Below the pieces are notes generated by a model. That model had not been told where the DNA came from and ran no database searches. It saw nothing but the letters and a program-made list of their open reading frames with translations. The position numbers and the translations under genes were made by a program. From NCBI GenBank assembly GCA_963763635.1, contig CAVXPO010000014.1, forward strand, positions 4,123 to 68,122: a DNA stretch of 64,000 nt. Direction: 5' to 3'. The DNA is from an uncultured Alphaproteobacteria bacterium. GTDB taxonomy: Bacteria; Pseudomonadota; Alphaproteobacteria; Rhizobiales; Aestuariivirgaceae. This document shows positions 49,479 through 63,864 of this stretch, in pieces; position 1 is the stretch's first letter; the number at the start of each line of letters is the position of its first letter.

Positions 49479-50423
49479 TTACTGGATGGCAGCAGAAACC
49501 GCAGCCATCGCGTCGCCGCCGTCCATGGTGGTAACGCCATCAAGCCAGGACTTGATCGAATCGGGATTGGCCTTGATCCAATCCTTGGCCACAACCTTTG
49601 GATCCGCGCCATCCTTCAGGACGGGCGCCATCATGGCGCCTTCCATGGCGAGGTTGAATTTCAGGTTGCTTACGAGCTTGCCCGCATTGGGGCATTCCGC
49701 CAGGTAGCCGGCGCGTACGTTGGTGTGAACCGTTGCGCCGCCAAAGCCATACTCGCTGACGCCATCGAGATAATGGATTTTCATGTCGCCCATGATGGGA
49801 TGTGGCGTCCAGCCGAGGAACAGGATCCATTCATTGTTCTTCATGGCCTTCTCGGCTTCGGTCAGCATGCCCGCTTCCGAGCTTTCAACCAGTTCAAATC
49901 CTGCGAGATTGTTCTTTGCATCGGCAATCATCGTTTGAATGATGCGGTTGCCGTCATTGCCGGATTCAATGCCATAGAACTTGCCGTTGAATTTGTCCTT
50001 GTTGGCGGCGAGATCCGCAATGCTTTTGACGCCTGCATCAGCCACATATTGCGGAACCACAACGCCGTAGCCCGCACCTTCAAGGTTTGGCGGCAGCTGC
50101 TCAACTGACTTGTCATCAAAATAAGGCTTAACGTCCGCCGTCATGCTGGGCATCCAGTTGCCAAGGAATACGTCAACATCCTTGTTCTTCAGCGAAGCAT
50201 AGGTGACAGGAACCGAAAGTGTTTTCACTTCCGAAGTGTAGCCCAAGGCGTCAAATAGGTTGGCGGCAATGCCGGTGATCACCTGGATGTCGGTCCAGCC
50301 CACGTCGGCAAAACGCACCGCCTTGCAGCTTGCGGCGTCCGCCGCCGAAGCTGATGTGGCCGAGGCAAACAGGCCAACGCCTACCGTTGCAGCGGCCAAA
50401 AATTTGGTCACGATTGAAGTCAT
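49479..50423 (-). CDS. choX: Choline ABC transporter substrate-binding protein
   Basis: VRFADVGWTDI, DVFLGNWMP, YGIESGNDGN and FLGWTPHP. Confidence 0.9.
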   Translation of the reverse strand: MTSIVTKFLAAATVGVGLFASATSASAADAASCKAVRFADVGWTDIQVITGIAANLFDALGYTSEVKTLSVPVTYASLKNKDVDVFLGNWMPSMTADVKPYFDDKSVEQLPPNLEGAGYGVVVPQYVADAGVKSIADLAANKDKFNGKFYGIESGNDGNRIIQTMIADAKNNLAGFELVESSEAGMLTEAEKAMKNNEWILFLGWTPHPIMGDMKIHYLDGVSEYGFGGATVHTNVRAGYLAECPNAGKLVSNLKFNLAMEGAMMAPVLKDGADPKVVAKDWIKANPDSIKSWLDGVTTMDGGDAMAAVSAAIQ

Positions 50424-50606
50424 CTGTATTCTCCCTGTTTATTTCCGCGCATGTTGTAATTTATGCGGAAGATGGCAAGAGACTAGCGCGAAACACCCAT
50501 TGCTCGTCAAGATAAGTATTGCGCCACTGTGGGTTAAAAGCGACATTTCATGTACTTATCGGGGCAGCCTGCCTATAGTCAGACAAAACAGCCAAGAGGG
50601 GCAACC

Positions 50607-51596
50607 ATGAAACCTGTGAAATGGGGAATTATCTCAACCGCCAACATCGGCATGGAAAAAGTCATTCCCGGCATGTTGAAAAGCAGTGAAATTGAGATCG
50701 TTGCCATCGCCTCGCGCAAGCTCAAATCCGCCCAGGCCGCAGCCGCCAAACTTGGGCTTCCCAAGGCCTATGGCTCCTACGAGGAAATGCTGGCCGATCC
50801 TGAAATCGAAGCCGTCTATAATCCGCTGCCCAACCATTTGCATGTGCCGCTGACGCTTGCCGCCGCTAAGGCTGGCAAGCATGTGTTGTGCGAAAAGCCC
50901 ATGGCGATCACCGCCAGGGAAGCCATCAAGCTCCGCAAAATTCCCAAAGGCATCCATGTCGCCGAAGCTTTCATGGTGCGCCATAATCCGCAATGGATTG
51001 ACGCCCGTGCCCGCGCCAAAAAGGGCGAAATTGGCGAACTGCGCGCCATGCAGGTGTTCTTTACTTACTTCAACCGCGACCCCAAAAATGTGCGCAACAT
51101 GGCCGACATCGGCGGCGGCGGCCTCTATGACATCGGCTGTTATCCCATTACCGTGTCGCGCTTCATGTTCGGCGCTGAGCCCAGGCGCGTCATCGCGACG
51201 TTTGACCGTGATCCCAAATTCAAGACCGACCGCACCGCCAGCGGCATTGCCGATTTCGGTGAGGGCCGCCAGCTCACCTTCGTTGTTTCAACCCAGATGG
51301 CGCCGTATCAGCGCGCCCACATCGGCGGCACCAAGGGCCGCATTGAAGTGGAAATTCCCTTTAACGCCCCGCCCGACAGGCCCAACCGCATCTTTGTGCA
51401 AGGCGCGGAAATGAACGTGGGCGAGTGGCACGAACTGCCGGTGTCCGATCAGTACCAGATGCAGGCCGAAGCCTTCGGCCGCGTTATCCGCAAGAAGGAA
51501 AAACTGGTATGGGGCATTGAAGACGCCATCCAGAACATGAAAATCATCGACGCGTTCTTCAGGTCGGAGAAAAGCGGCAAGTGGGAGAAGCCATAA
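50607..51596 (+). CDS. Gfo/Idh/MocA oxidoreductase
   Basis: WGIISTANIG, YNPLPNHLH, HVLCEKP and GGGLYDIGCY. Confidence 0.93.
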   Translation: MKPVKWGIISTANIGMEKVIPGMLKSSEIEIVAIASRKLKSAQAAAAKLGLPKAYGSYEEMLADPEIEAVYNPLPNHLHVPLTLAAAKAGKHVLCEKPMAITAREAIKLRKIPKGIHVAEAFMVRHNPQWIDARARAKKGEIGELRAMQVFFTYFNRDPKNVRNMADIGGGGLYDIGCYPITVSRFMFGAEPRRVIATFDRDPKFKTDRTASGIADFGEGRQLTFVVSTQMAPYQRAHIGGTKGRIEVEIPFNAPPDRPNRIFVQGAEMNVGEWHELPVSDQYQMQAEAFGRVIRKKEKLVWGIEDAIQNMKIIDAFFRSEKSGKWEKP

Positions 51597-51602
51597 GCAA
51601 GA

Positions 51603-51728
51603 CCCTCATCCGCCCGTTGGCCACTTTCTCCCATTCTGCGAACGGGCGAAGGCCATCATCCAATTATCGCCTTCGCCCGTGCTCGGGTTGCCCGAGTATG
51701 GTGAAGGTGGCCGAAGGCCGGATGAGGG
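51603..51728. repeat. REP/REPIN-like inverted pair, family A
   Basis: CCCTCATCCGCCCGTTGGCCACTTTCTCCC..GGGCGAAGGC followed by its imperfect reverse complement ending GAAGGTGGCCGAAGGCCGGATGAGGG, which is shared with 2819-2876. Confidence 0.8.
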
Positions 51729-52229
51729 ACCCTTCTGTTAACATCCCCAGCCTTTCCCACTGCTCGACAGTCCTAAAAAGAATATTTTTTACAGAGATAG
51801 GCAGAAGTGAGTTAAGTGCGGTGCCACTGCAATTCCAGAATGTTGACTTCCATGCGAACGACCGAAAACTTTAACAACTTAAACAGTGAGACAGGCCAGG
51901 TAATCGTCATTGTGGCTGTGCTGATTACGTTGGTTATATTTGTGCAACCAATTCGCAGGATAGCAGATGAATTGAGGTTTTATCGCACGAGCAATTGGGA
52001 TCATTGGCTCGACAGTCAGAATGAGTGATGGATGCAGGACTTTTTTGTCCAGCGTTTTCCTCATTGGCCCATTGGAAGGGTAAAATTTTTCGCTGAATCT
52101 CTGTTTCTGTGATCACAGCTAGCAGTAATCATCATACTGCTTGTTGCAGCCTTTGCTTGACATCAAAAGAAGAGAAAGTGCGCTGCTCTTTACGCAATAC
52201 ACGAACGTGATGATTGAAGACCTCACCTC

Positions 52230-53113
52230 TTAACCCCACAACCTCGCCGCGCCGCGTACGCCGCTCTTTTCGCCGTGTTTGGCGCGCATCACTTTCACTT
52301 CAGCAGCGCCCGAAAAACTGTAGCGCGTGAAATAAGCGGCGGCATTTCTTCAACCAGTTCCGGCAATTCATTCAGCCCGCCGCCAATTACAAAAACATCG
52401 GGATCAACCACACAGGCGATATTCGCCGCCACGCGCGCGAAGCGGTCTTGTAATCGATGTAGCGAGGCCCGCGCACCCGCATCGCCGCTGCGTGCGCGCG
52501 TGACAATTTCCTTGCCCGAAATATCTTCACCCGTTGTTTTCAAATGATCGCGCTGCAGTCCTGTTCCCGATACATATTGTTCGGCGCAGCCCGATTTGCC
52601 ACAGAAGCACGGCAGCAAGGGCCATTCGCTTTCTTGCGGCCAGGGCAGCGCGGTATGGCCAAATTCAGCGGCCTCGCCATTGGCGCCGCTGATCAGCTTG
52701 CCATTGATCACCAAGCCGCCGCCCAAGGCCGTTCCCACCGTAAAGAACGCGACAATGGCAAAGCCTTGCCCCGCGCCGTCAATCGCCTCGGACAATGCAA
52801 AGCAATTTGCATCATTCTCCATTTTTACGGGGCGGCCAATCGCGGCTTCCAGATCTTTTTGAAACGGCTTGCCATTGCAGAACGTAATATTTGCATTGCG
52901 CCACAAACCGGTTTTTCGCGAAGCCGAACCTGGCGAACCAATGCCAACAGTGCCATCTCCGGCCTGCATCACCAGCGCATAGATGGCCGCAATGACCTCA
53001 TCATAGGATTTTGGCGTGGCAACGCGCTTCTCGAACGTGATGTCGCCTGAGGGCGAAAATGAAACAGCATCAATCTTGGTGCCGCCGAGATCAATGCCGA
53101 TGCGGTTTGTCAT
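52230..53113 (-). CDS. ROK-family sugar kinase (fructokinase Mak-like) with a frameshift at about 52321-52328
   Basis: GIDLGGTK, ENDANCFALSEA, EFGH and CFCGKSGC.E. The C-terminus YSFSGAAEVKVMRAKHGEKSGVRGAARLWG* is in another frame. Confidence 0.9.
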
Positions 53114-53451
53114 GTCCGGTTGTAAACATCATCGTAACGGATGATGTCATCCTCACCAAGATAATCACCAAACTGGACTTCAATAATCTCGACAACATCC
53201 GTGTGGTTGTTTTCCAGCCGGTGCCTGTCGCCTTGCGGAATATCGATGGATTGCGCCCGCGTGAAGTCTTTCACCGTTTCACCCACCGTCACCGTCGCAA
53301 TGCCGGATACGACAGTCCAGTGCTCGCCCCGGTGCTTGTGGCTTTGAAGGGAAAGGCGGCCACCGGGATTAACCGCGATGCGCTTTACCTTGAAGCCTTT
53401 GCCTTCATCCAGGACATAAAATGCGCCCCAGGGCCGTATCTCACTATACAT
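53110..53451 (-). CDS. Cupin, mannose-6-phosphate isomerase type II C-terminal-like
   Basis: RPWG, RLSLQSHKHRGEHWTVV, HRLEN and EVQFGDYLGEDDIIR. Confidence 0.9.
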   Translation of the reverse strand: MYSEIRPWGAFYVLDEGKGFKVKRIAVNPGGRLSLQSHKHRGEHWTVVSGIATVTVGETVKDFTRAQSIDIPQGDRHRLENNHTDVVEIIEVQFGDYLGEDDIIRYDDVYNRT

Positions 53452-53973
53452 GTGCGTTTTCCTCCCAGAGAGCCGCAGTAAATTATCACCTGATCTTCTA
53501 CAGGCGTTCCCAGCATTTGCCCATGGGGACACGTTCGCTGTTGAATCACGACTATGCAGATATGCCAATCAGCTATTTTATGACGTAAGTCCTCACATAT
53601 TTTTCAGCGTCACAATTAAGCCATATTTTATGCCAAATTTTTCCAATAAAAATAATAACTTAGTGATTTGATACCTCGCCCTGGAAGACCATTTGGAATT
53701 GGGGCCTTGTCAATGCAGTGCTTTTCCGAATGTTGAAACATTGAACTTGTTGATCTTACGGCGTTCTTTTTCTGCGAAATGTGAATCAATTCCAGATTTG
53801 GTTGGTCCGTTCCCCGACGACAGGTTCATGCTGATCAGTTCGGTCTTGAATAGGGGTAAAGTCGAACCAGTAAAGCGTTTAAGGTGATTTCGTGTAACAT
53901 GATCGGCATCATATGATCCTATTATTATCAGGAGGAAACATCGTAAGCCCAAAATTGCGTTGCTCTGACCGTA

Positions 53974-55557
53974 ATGATTGCAACTGGGTTGCTCTTTGCC
54001 GAAATGACTCCAGCGGGCGCGCAGGGCATGATTTCTGCCCCTTCAGCGGAAGGTGACATCGCCGAAATTGAACTTGAGGGCCTCGGAAAAACTGATGCGC
54101 AAGTAATATCTACTATTCAACGCCTGCTCCGCCGGCTTGGCTATCTCAAGAATGAAAACATGACCCGCAAATTGGACGCGGCGACGACCTCGGCACTCAT
54201 CAATCATCTGCAGACTGTGAAAATTTCCACCAAGGGTTTAACTGGCGACACGATTTTGCTATCGCTGTTCTCCTCAGTTTGGATTAAGGAGGGATGGGCG
54301 ACGGGCAGTGTCAATGGTCAGGACCTGGTGGTGGACAAACCGGATGTTCTCTCTGCCCAGGATGCGCTCAAGAAACTCGGTTATGCGCCTGGTCCCGTTG
54401 ACGGCGTATTTGGGCCAGCAACGCTCTCTGCAATCGAGATATTTCAGGAAGATAACGGAATGAAGATCACGGGCCTTCTGACCCGTAACATATTGCAGAA
54501 CCTTACAAGGGCCGTGAAGTTCGTCGGCCAGACCCCCGCAAGTGTCGTTCGCGTTTTGAATTGGCCGGATTACATCAACCCCGAGGTGCTTGAAAATTTT
54601 GAGAAGGAAACAAAAATCCGGGTCCTGCATGATGTTTTTGATAACTCGGCTGAGACAAAGGAACTGCTCCAGCAAGGCTCCGCGCAGTACGATGTGATGG
54701 TACAAACAGGAGATCAGTTGCGCCAAATTATTGAAACCGCTAACGCCGTCGAGCCGCTCGACCCTGCCAGACTGCCTAATGCCCAATATCTCGATCCTGC
54801 GGCTCTCAACTACACTGGGGATCTCGATCCCGGCAACGCGCATTCGGTACCTTATTTGTGGGGTACAGTTGGAATTGGCGTGAACAAGGAAAAGCTGGCG
54901 AAGATAGCGCCAAATGTGAAGCTTGATAGCTTGTCCCTGATACTTGATCCGGCGATCGCTGCCGAAGTGTCGAAATGTGGCATTGCGATTGTCGATGAGC
55001 CGAACGACATGATCCCGGCATTAGTCGCTTACGTTGGCGGCGACATCCGCAATATTGGCATTACCGATCTGGAAACGGTGTGGGAGGCTCTTTCAGCAGT
55101 CTCAAGCTATGTCAAAATAGTATCTGTGGAGAGCTATATCGATAGCTTCGCTGAAGGAAAGTATTGTGTCGTCCTGGGTTATTCGGGCGATATTTTTCTT
55201 GCACGCGACACGGCGGCGAAAAATAAGACGGGTACAATTGTTTATAGTGTTCCCAAGGAAGGCAGCCTGCTCTGGTTTGACTTACTCGTTATTCCGGGCG
55301 CAGCGAAGAACAAGGAAGCTGCTTACAAGTTTCTCAACTACCTGATGAAACCTGAAGTGGCTGCAGCCAACACGAACTTCATCCAGTATGCCAATCCCAT
55401 TTCGGCTTCGGCGCCATTCATCGACAAGGAGCTGTTAAACGATCCGGCACTGTATCCTCCGAAAAGCGTATTGAAGAGGCTGGCCGTCCAGGCTCCTTCC
55501 GGTATGATCGCTGAAAACCAAATCAAACGTATTTGGGCTAAACTTACCAAGGAATAG
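53974..55557 (+). CDS. PotD/PotF-like polyamine-binding protein with N-terminal peptidoglycan-binding-like domains
   Basis: QRLLRRLGY.. and QDALKKLGYAPGPVDGVFGPAT..FQEDNGMKITG, then LNWPDYI..VPYLWGTVG..YSGD..PKEG..WFD. Confidence 0.85.
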   Translation: MIATGLLFAEMTPAGAQGMISAPSAEGDIAEIELEGLGKTDAQVISTIQRLLRRLGYLKNENMTRKLDAATTSALINHLQTVKISTKGLTGDTILLSLFSSVWIKEGWATGSVNGQDLVVDKPDVLSAQDALKKLGYAPGPVDGVFGPATLSAIEIFQEDNGMKITGLLTRNILQNLTRAVKFVGQTPASVVRVLNWPDYINPEVLENFEKETKIRVLHDVFDNSAETKELLQQGSAQYDVMVQTGDQLRQIIETANAVEPLDPARLPNAQYLDPAALNYTGDLDPGNAHSVPYLWGTVGIGVNKEKLAKIAPNVKLDSLSLILDPAIAAEVSKCGIAIVDEPNDMIPALVAYVGGDIRNIGITDLETVWEALSAVSSYVKIVSVESYIDSFAEGKYCVVLGYSGDIFLARDTAAKNKTGTIVYSVPKEGSLLWFDLLVIPGAAKNKEAAYKFLNYLMKPEVAAANTNFIQYANPISASAPFIDKELLNDPALYPPKSVLKRLAVQAPSGMIAENQIKRIWAKLTKE

Positions 55558-55626
55558 GGTCTGACGCGATGGCCCGGCCCGGGTCAAGGCGGCAATTCAA
55601 ACGGGGCCGCTCCCTCTTTGCCCCGA

Positions 55627-55655
55627 TTGACGCCAGCCCCGCACCTCGATATAAG
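55627..55655 (+). promoter_or_regulatory. Sigma70 promoter for rpsT
   Basis: TTGACG-N17-TATAAG. Confidence 0.65.
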
Positions 55656-55758
55656 CCCGCTATCTCATAGCACGAGAAATCACATGGCCATTGGCGAGTT
55701 GCCGATAGCTTCTTGATATTCCCGTGCAATTGAACAAAATTTAGATCAGGAAAAATAA

Positions 55759-56025
55759 ATGGCCAATACCAAATCTGCAAAAAAGGCAACACGCGTTTCG
55801 GCGCGCCGCGCTGCGGTGAACAAGAACCGCACCAGCCGCGTGCGCAGCTCGCTCCGCAAGGTTGAAGAGGCAATCGGCGCTGGCGATAAGGAAGCCGCCG
55901 TCATTGCAATGAAGTCGGCAGAGCCAGAGCTGATGCGTGGTGCCCAGAAAGGCATCCTTCATAAGAACACGGCGTCACGCAAGATTTCACGCCTCACCAG
56001 CCGCATCCGGGCCCTCTTCGCCTGA
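55759..56025 (+). CDS. rpsT: 30S ribosomal protein S20
   Basis: [25 protein letters not shown]. Confidence 0.98.
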   Translation: MANTKSAKKATRVSARRAAVNKNRTSRVRSSLRKVEEAIGAGDKEAAVIAMKSAEPELMRGAQKGILHKNTASRKISRLTSRIRALFA

Positions 56026-56047
56026 TAACTATCCACATAAATGGTTC

Positions 56048-56085
56048 AAAACGCGCCGGGGAAACTTCCGGCGCGTTTTTGTTTG
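56048..56085 (+). terminator. Rho-independent terminator after rpsT
   Basis: AAAACGCGCCGG..CCGGCGCGTTTTTGTTT. Confidence 0.85.
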
Positions 56086-56638
56086 TCCGATGACGGACCG
56101 TTTTTGTCAAATTTAATCAATGTATTTCAACGTGTTGGCGCCATTGCTTGATACATGGGTGAAAATTGCAGCCGTTCGCCCTTCTGCAGCCTCGCAATTT
56201 TGATGTGCCTGCCTCGCTGCGGGCGATTGCGCGGCACTGAAATGGGCCGGATTCACAAAGCCGCATCAGGGAGTTAGCAAAATATCCAAAAAACCGGTCC
56301 AAACCACTTAGTTTACCGGCGCGCTCCGTGTACGGAATAATGACGGATTCATCTTGCAGTGTGACGCCGGCCTTTTGTAGGTTCCCCCCAACGCCGCAAA
56401 CCTGAGATCATGGAGCGGCAAAAAAACCGGCGTTATGGCAGTAACGTTAAGTGTGAGGCGGCATTTCTGATGTGGGGGCATAACAGAAGTTTAGGGGCGG
56501 GATTTTATCCCAAAGTGTAGGTAGCAAGTGTTGGGCGTGAGCAAGTTGTTCTTTGGCAGGAACCACTGCGAAAAACTGTGTCTTAAAACGACAGGTGTTG
56601 ACATGAAACCAATGCAACAAAAGGGTGCGGAAACGAAG

Positions 56639-58078
56639 ATGACGAATATTGCATTAAAAATGGATCTCACACAGACAGTGGATCTCACGCAAAAATGGCA
56701 GCGTGTTTCTCAAAGGCTGCGTGCCGAACTCGGCGATGACCTGTTTACCAGCTGGTTTGGCCGCATGAATGCGGAAGACCACAGCAATCTTCGCCTTATT
56801 GTTTCCGTGCCGACCCGTTTTCTCAAGAGCTGGATTGAAAACCACTATGTTGCCAAGCTGCAAAAAATTGCGGAAACCGAGTTTGGCCAGCTTGATTCTG
56901 TCCTGGTGCGGGTGCGCGGGCAGGTAGCGGCGCCGCGTGCTGTTGAAACAGTTGAAAGCGCGCGCCCCAGTTATGAAGAGACGCGGGCAAATATCCCTGC
57001 AAATTCGAATTTCCTGGTCCAGGGCGAGCGCAACACGCCGCTTGATTCATCCCAGACCTTCGACAGTTTCGTGGTTGGAACTTCCAATCAGTTGGCTCAC
57101 GCAGCCGCCTGCCGGGTAACGGACGCCATTCACGGCGCGCCTGTTACCTTTAATCCGCTGTTTGTTCATTCAGCGGCGGGCCTTGGCAAAACCCATTTGC
57201 TCAATGCCATGGCGCACCGTATCCGTGAAAGGCACCCGGAGCGCAAGGTGCTGTTCCTCACCGCCGAGCGTTTCATGTACAGTTTCATCCAGGCGCTGCG
57301 CCAGCGTGACACCATTTCTTTCAAGGACCAGTTCCAGTCGGTTGACGTGCTGCTGATTGATGACTTCCAGTTCCTGCAGGGCAAAACCATGCAGCAGGAA
57401 TTCTGCCACACCTTCAATTCCTTGGTCGACTCGAGGAGGCAGGTGATTGTGGCGGCAGACGTGCCGCCCTCTCAGCTTGACACCATCGACCAGCGCATGC
57501 GTTCGCGTCTCATGGGCGGCCTTGTCATCGACATTGAGCTGCCTGATCTCGAACTCCGCCGCAAAATCGTGCTCAGCCGCTACATCGCCATGAATATGCG
57601 TGATCATTCCATCATGATCCCCGACGATGTGCTGGAATTTGTCGCTAACCGCATTACCGGCGGCGGCCGCGAATTGGAAGGCGCCCTCAACCGTGTTGTC
57701 GCCTACCAGCAATTCAACAAGGCGCCGATCACGCTGGACCTGGCTTCCATGGTGTTGCGCGACATGTCGGCCAACCCGGACCAGTGCCGCATCAAGATTG
57801 ACGACATCCTGAAAATCGTCGGCCGCCATTTCAACGTGGCGCGCACCGATTTGCTGTCGCCGCGCCGCGCCCGCTCCATCGTGGTGCCGCGCCAGGTTGG
57901 CATGTATCTCGCCAAGAAAATGACCTCGCGGTCGCTGCCGGAAATCGGCCGGCGTTTTGGCGGGCGTGACCATTCAACCGTGCTCCACGCCGTGCGCAAG
58001 ATTGACGACCAGATCAAGACCGACGACCGCCTGGCCAAGGAAGTGGCCCTGTTGATAAGGTTGGTCGAGCAGCAATAA
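56639..58078 (+). CDS. dnaA: Chromosomal replication initiator DnaA
   Basis: [37 protein letters not shown] and [12 protein letters not shown]. An alternative start lies at 56603. Confidence 0.98.
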   Translation: MTNIALKMDLTQTVDLTQKWQRVSQRLRAELGDDLFTSWFGRMNAEDHSNLRLIVSVPTRFLKSWIENHYVAKLQKIAETEFGQLDSVLVRVRGQVAAPRAVETVESARPSYEETRANIPANSNFLVQGERNTPLDSSQTFDSFVVGTSNQLAHAAACRVTDAIHGAPVTFNPLFVHSAAGLGKTHLLNAMAHRIRERHPERKVLFLTAERFMYSFIQALRQRDTISFKDQFQSVDVLLIDDFQFLQGKTMQQEFCHTFNSLVDSRRQVIVAADVPPSQLDTIDQRMRSRLMGGLVIDIELPDLELRRKIVLSRYIAMNMRDHSIMIPDDVLEFVANRITGGGRELEGALNRVVAYQQFNKAPITLDLASMVLRDMSANPDQCRIKIDDILKIVGRHFNVARTDLLSPRRARSIVVPRQVGMYLAKKMTSRSLPEIGRRFGGRDHSTVLHAVRKIDDQIKTDDRLAKEVALLIRLVEQQ

Positions 58079-58170
58079 TTTCCGCCGGATGTCTTGAACG
58101 CCGCCGCTATTCGGGCCATTGTTTGCGGCCCGTTCCGGGGCGGGCTTTCTAAGACAGGGAATTATCAGTT

Positions 58171-59283
58171 ATGCGTGTGACGATTGAACGAAGCTCATTT
58201 CTCAAAGCGCTCAATCATGTGCAAAGTGTTGTTGAACGGCGCAACACCATTCCGATATTGTCCAACGTGCTGATCCAGGCGGCAGGTTCCAACCTGCGCC
58301 TCACCGCCACCGATCTCGATATTGAAATCGTGGAAACCGTCGGCGCCGAAGTGGCGCGTGAAGGGGCGGCCACCGTGCCCGCCCACATGCTCTATGACAT
58401 CGTGCGCAAATTGCCCGAAGGCGCCCAGCTTGAGCTCGATCAGGGGCCCGATTCAACCCGCGTCTCCATTTTCGCCGGAAAATCCCGCTTCGCCTTGCAA
58501 GCCCTGCCGCCGGAAGATTTCCCCGATCTCGCCAGTGGCGAAATGCCGAATACATTTTCCCTCTCGACCGCGGACTTGAAGGGCCTCATCGATAAAACCC
58601 GCTTTGCGATTTCGACCGAAGAAACCCGTTACTATCTGAATGGCATTTACCTGCATGAGGTAAAGGCCGGTGGCTTGCTGCGCGCCGTGGCGACCGATGG
58701 CCACCGCCTGGCGCAGGCGCAGGTGCCACTGCCGAAAGGGGCGGCTGGCATGCCCGGCATCATCATTCCCCGCAAGACGGTGCTGGATGTGGTGAAACTT
58801 GTCGAAGGCGAGGAGGGCGATGTTGAAGTGGCGCTCTCATCCTCCAAGATCCGCTTCACCGTCGGCAATCTGGTGCTCACCTCCAAACTCATTGACGGCA
58901 CCTTCCCGGATTATGAGCGCGTCATTCCCCGCCACAATGACAAGGTGCTGGATGTGGATGCCAAGACCTTCTCGTCCGCCGTGGACCGCGTCTCCACCAT
59001 TTCGATGGAAAAGGGCCGCGCCGTGAAACTCAATATTTCCGCCGGAAAATTGACCCTCACCGTCAATAATCCAGACTCAGGCTCGGCCGAGGAAGAATTG
59101 GTGGTGGACTATAACCACGAGCCCATCGATATCGGTTTCAACGCCCGCTATTTGCTGGATGTGGCAGCCCAGGTGAAATCCGATAACATCCATTTCCACC
59201 TGGCCGATGCGGGCTCCCCCACCATCGTGCGCGACCCCGCAGACGAACAGGCCCTCTATGTGCTGATGCCCATGCGGGTGTAA
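58171..59283 (+). CDS. dnaN: DNA polymerase III beta clamp
   Basis: ERRNTIPILSNV, ATDLD, EETRYYLNG, ATDGHRL, IDGTFPDY and VLMPMRV. Confidence 0.98.
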   Translation: MRVTIERSSFLKALNHVQSVVERRNTIPILSNVLIQAAGSNLRLTATDLDIEIVETVGAEVAREGAATVPAHMLYDIVRKLPEGAQLELDQGPDSTRVSIFAGKSRFALQALPPEDFPDLASGEMPNTFSLSTADLKGLIDKTRFAISTEETRYYLNGIYLHEVKAGGLLRAVATDGHRLAQAQVPLPKGAAGMPGIIIPRKTVLDVVKLVEGEEGDVEVALSSSKIRFTVGNLVLTSKLIDGTFPDYERVIPRHNDKVLDVDAKTFSSAVDRVSTISMEKGRAVKLNISAGKLTLTVNNPDSGSAEEELVVDYNHEPIDIGFNARYLLDVAAQVKSDNIHFHLADAGSPTIVRDPADEQALYVLMPMRV

Positions 59284-59292
59284 ACGGAACGC

Positions 59293-62897
<3,605 letters not shown>

Positions 62898-62900
62898 TTA

Positions 62901-62986
62901 ACTTTCCCTCGCCCCTATTTATAGGGGAGAGGGTTGGGGCCCGTCCTGCGAAGCTTTAGCGAAGCAGGATGGGAGGGTGAGGGGCT
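62901..62986. repeat. Palindromic repeat, family B (CCCTC.CCCC..GGGGAGAGGG..GGGAGGGTGAGGGG), copy 1
   Basis: A near-identical copy lies at about 63644-63726. Confidence 0.8.
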
Positions 62987-63010
62987 CTGCTTCACGGATG
63001 GAGGAGTATC

Positions 63011-63385
63011 ATGACCGACCTTTATCTCAGTCTTGCGCAGCTTTGTGATGCATTCAACGAGCACAACCTCGACAAGATCATGAATCATTTTGCCGAAGAT
63101 TGCGTTTTGGAAATGCCTCGCGGCAATCATCCATGGGGTTCGCGTTTTGAAGGCCGTGAAAATGTACGAAAAGGCCTTGCAGCGCGCTTCGAGGGGCTGC
63201 CGGATGTTCATTATGGGAACGGGCAGCACTTTGTCGATAACACTGCCAACACCGGTATCTCGAAATGGACGCTGACAGGAACCCGGCGTGACGGGCAACG
63301 CATCGAAGTTTGGGGTTGCGACTTCTACACATTTCAAGGAGGGAAAGTTACCCGAAAGGATTCCTACTGGAAAATCGTGGAATAG
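63011..63385 (+). CDS. NTF2-like / SnoaL-like protein
   Basis: [44 protein letters not shown], with a GGAGGAG SD. Confidence 0.88.
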   Translation: MTDLYLSLAQLCDAFNEHNLDKIMNHFAEDCVLEMPRGNHPWGSRFEGRENVRKGLAARFEGLPDVHYGNGQHFVDNTANTGISKWTLTGTRRDGQRIEVWGCDFYTFQGGKVTRKDSYWKIVE

Positions 63386-63415
63386 AACCAGCTGTAGGCA
63401 CCTCATCCGCGCCAA

Positions 63416-63641
63416 CCGCAAGGGCATCTCCATGCAGCGCTACAAGGGGCTGGGCGAAATGAACCCCGAGCAGCTGTGGGAAACCACGCTGGATTCCAAC
63501 GTCCGCTCGCTGCTGCGGGTAAAAGTCTCCGAACTCGACGAAGCCGACGACATCTTCACCAAACTCATGGGCGACGTGGTGGAGCCGAGAAGGGATTTCA
63601 TCCGCGAAAACGCGCTGAACGTGGCGAACCTCGACGTCTAA
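63416..63641 (+). pseudogene. Duplicated 3' end of gyrB (last 74 codons plus stop)
   Basis: 226-bp copy of 62672-62897 with 16 mismatches by hand count. It has no start codon of its own that yields a full gene. Confidence 0.95.
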
Positions 63642-63643
63642 TC

Positions 63644-63726
63644 ACTTTCCCTCTCCCGCTTCAGCGGGGAGAGGGTTGGGGCCCGTCCTGCGAAGCGCGC
63701 TAAGGCGGATGGGAGGGTGAGGGGCT
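63644..63726. repeat. Palindromic repeat, family B, copy 2
   Basis: Follows the duplicated gyrB stop just as copy 1 follows the real stop. Confidence 0.8.
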
Positions 63727-63864
63727 ACCCTCAACGTCAACTAGATAAGTGCATGAAAGACATGAGAAATGCCTTAACCAGAGTGTGCAAACGGGCTTGC
63801 GTCTACATCAATTACGAGCAAAGATAATAGTGAGGGACTGAGACTTTTGGCAAAGGCAACTCTT

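Noticed and set aside
56026-56638. Firm oriC call
   Set aside because: Only one near-consensus DnaA box is present, with no clear DUE or CtrA box cluster; alphaproteobacterial origins are often away from dnaA.
63288-63641. 117-aa ORF as a second gyrB-like gene or an NTF2-gyrB fusion
   Set aside because: The first ~40 aa are an off-frame read of the NTF2 gene. Only the duplicated tail is gyrB-derived, and the NTF2 gene has its own stop.
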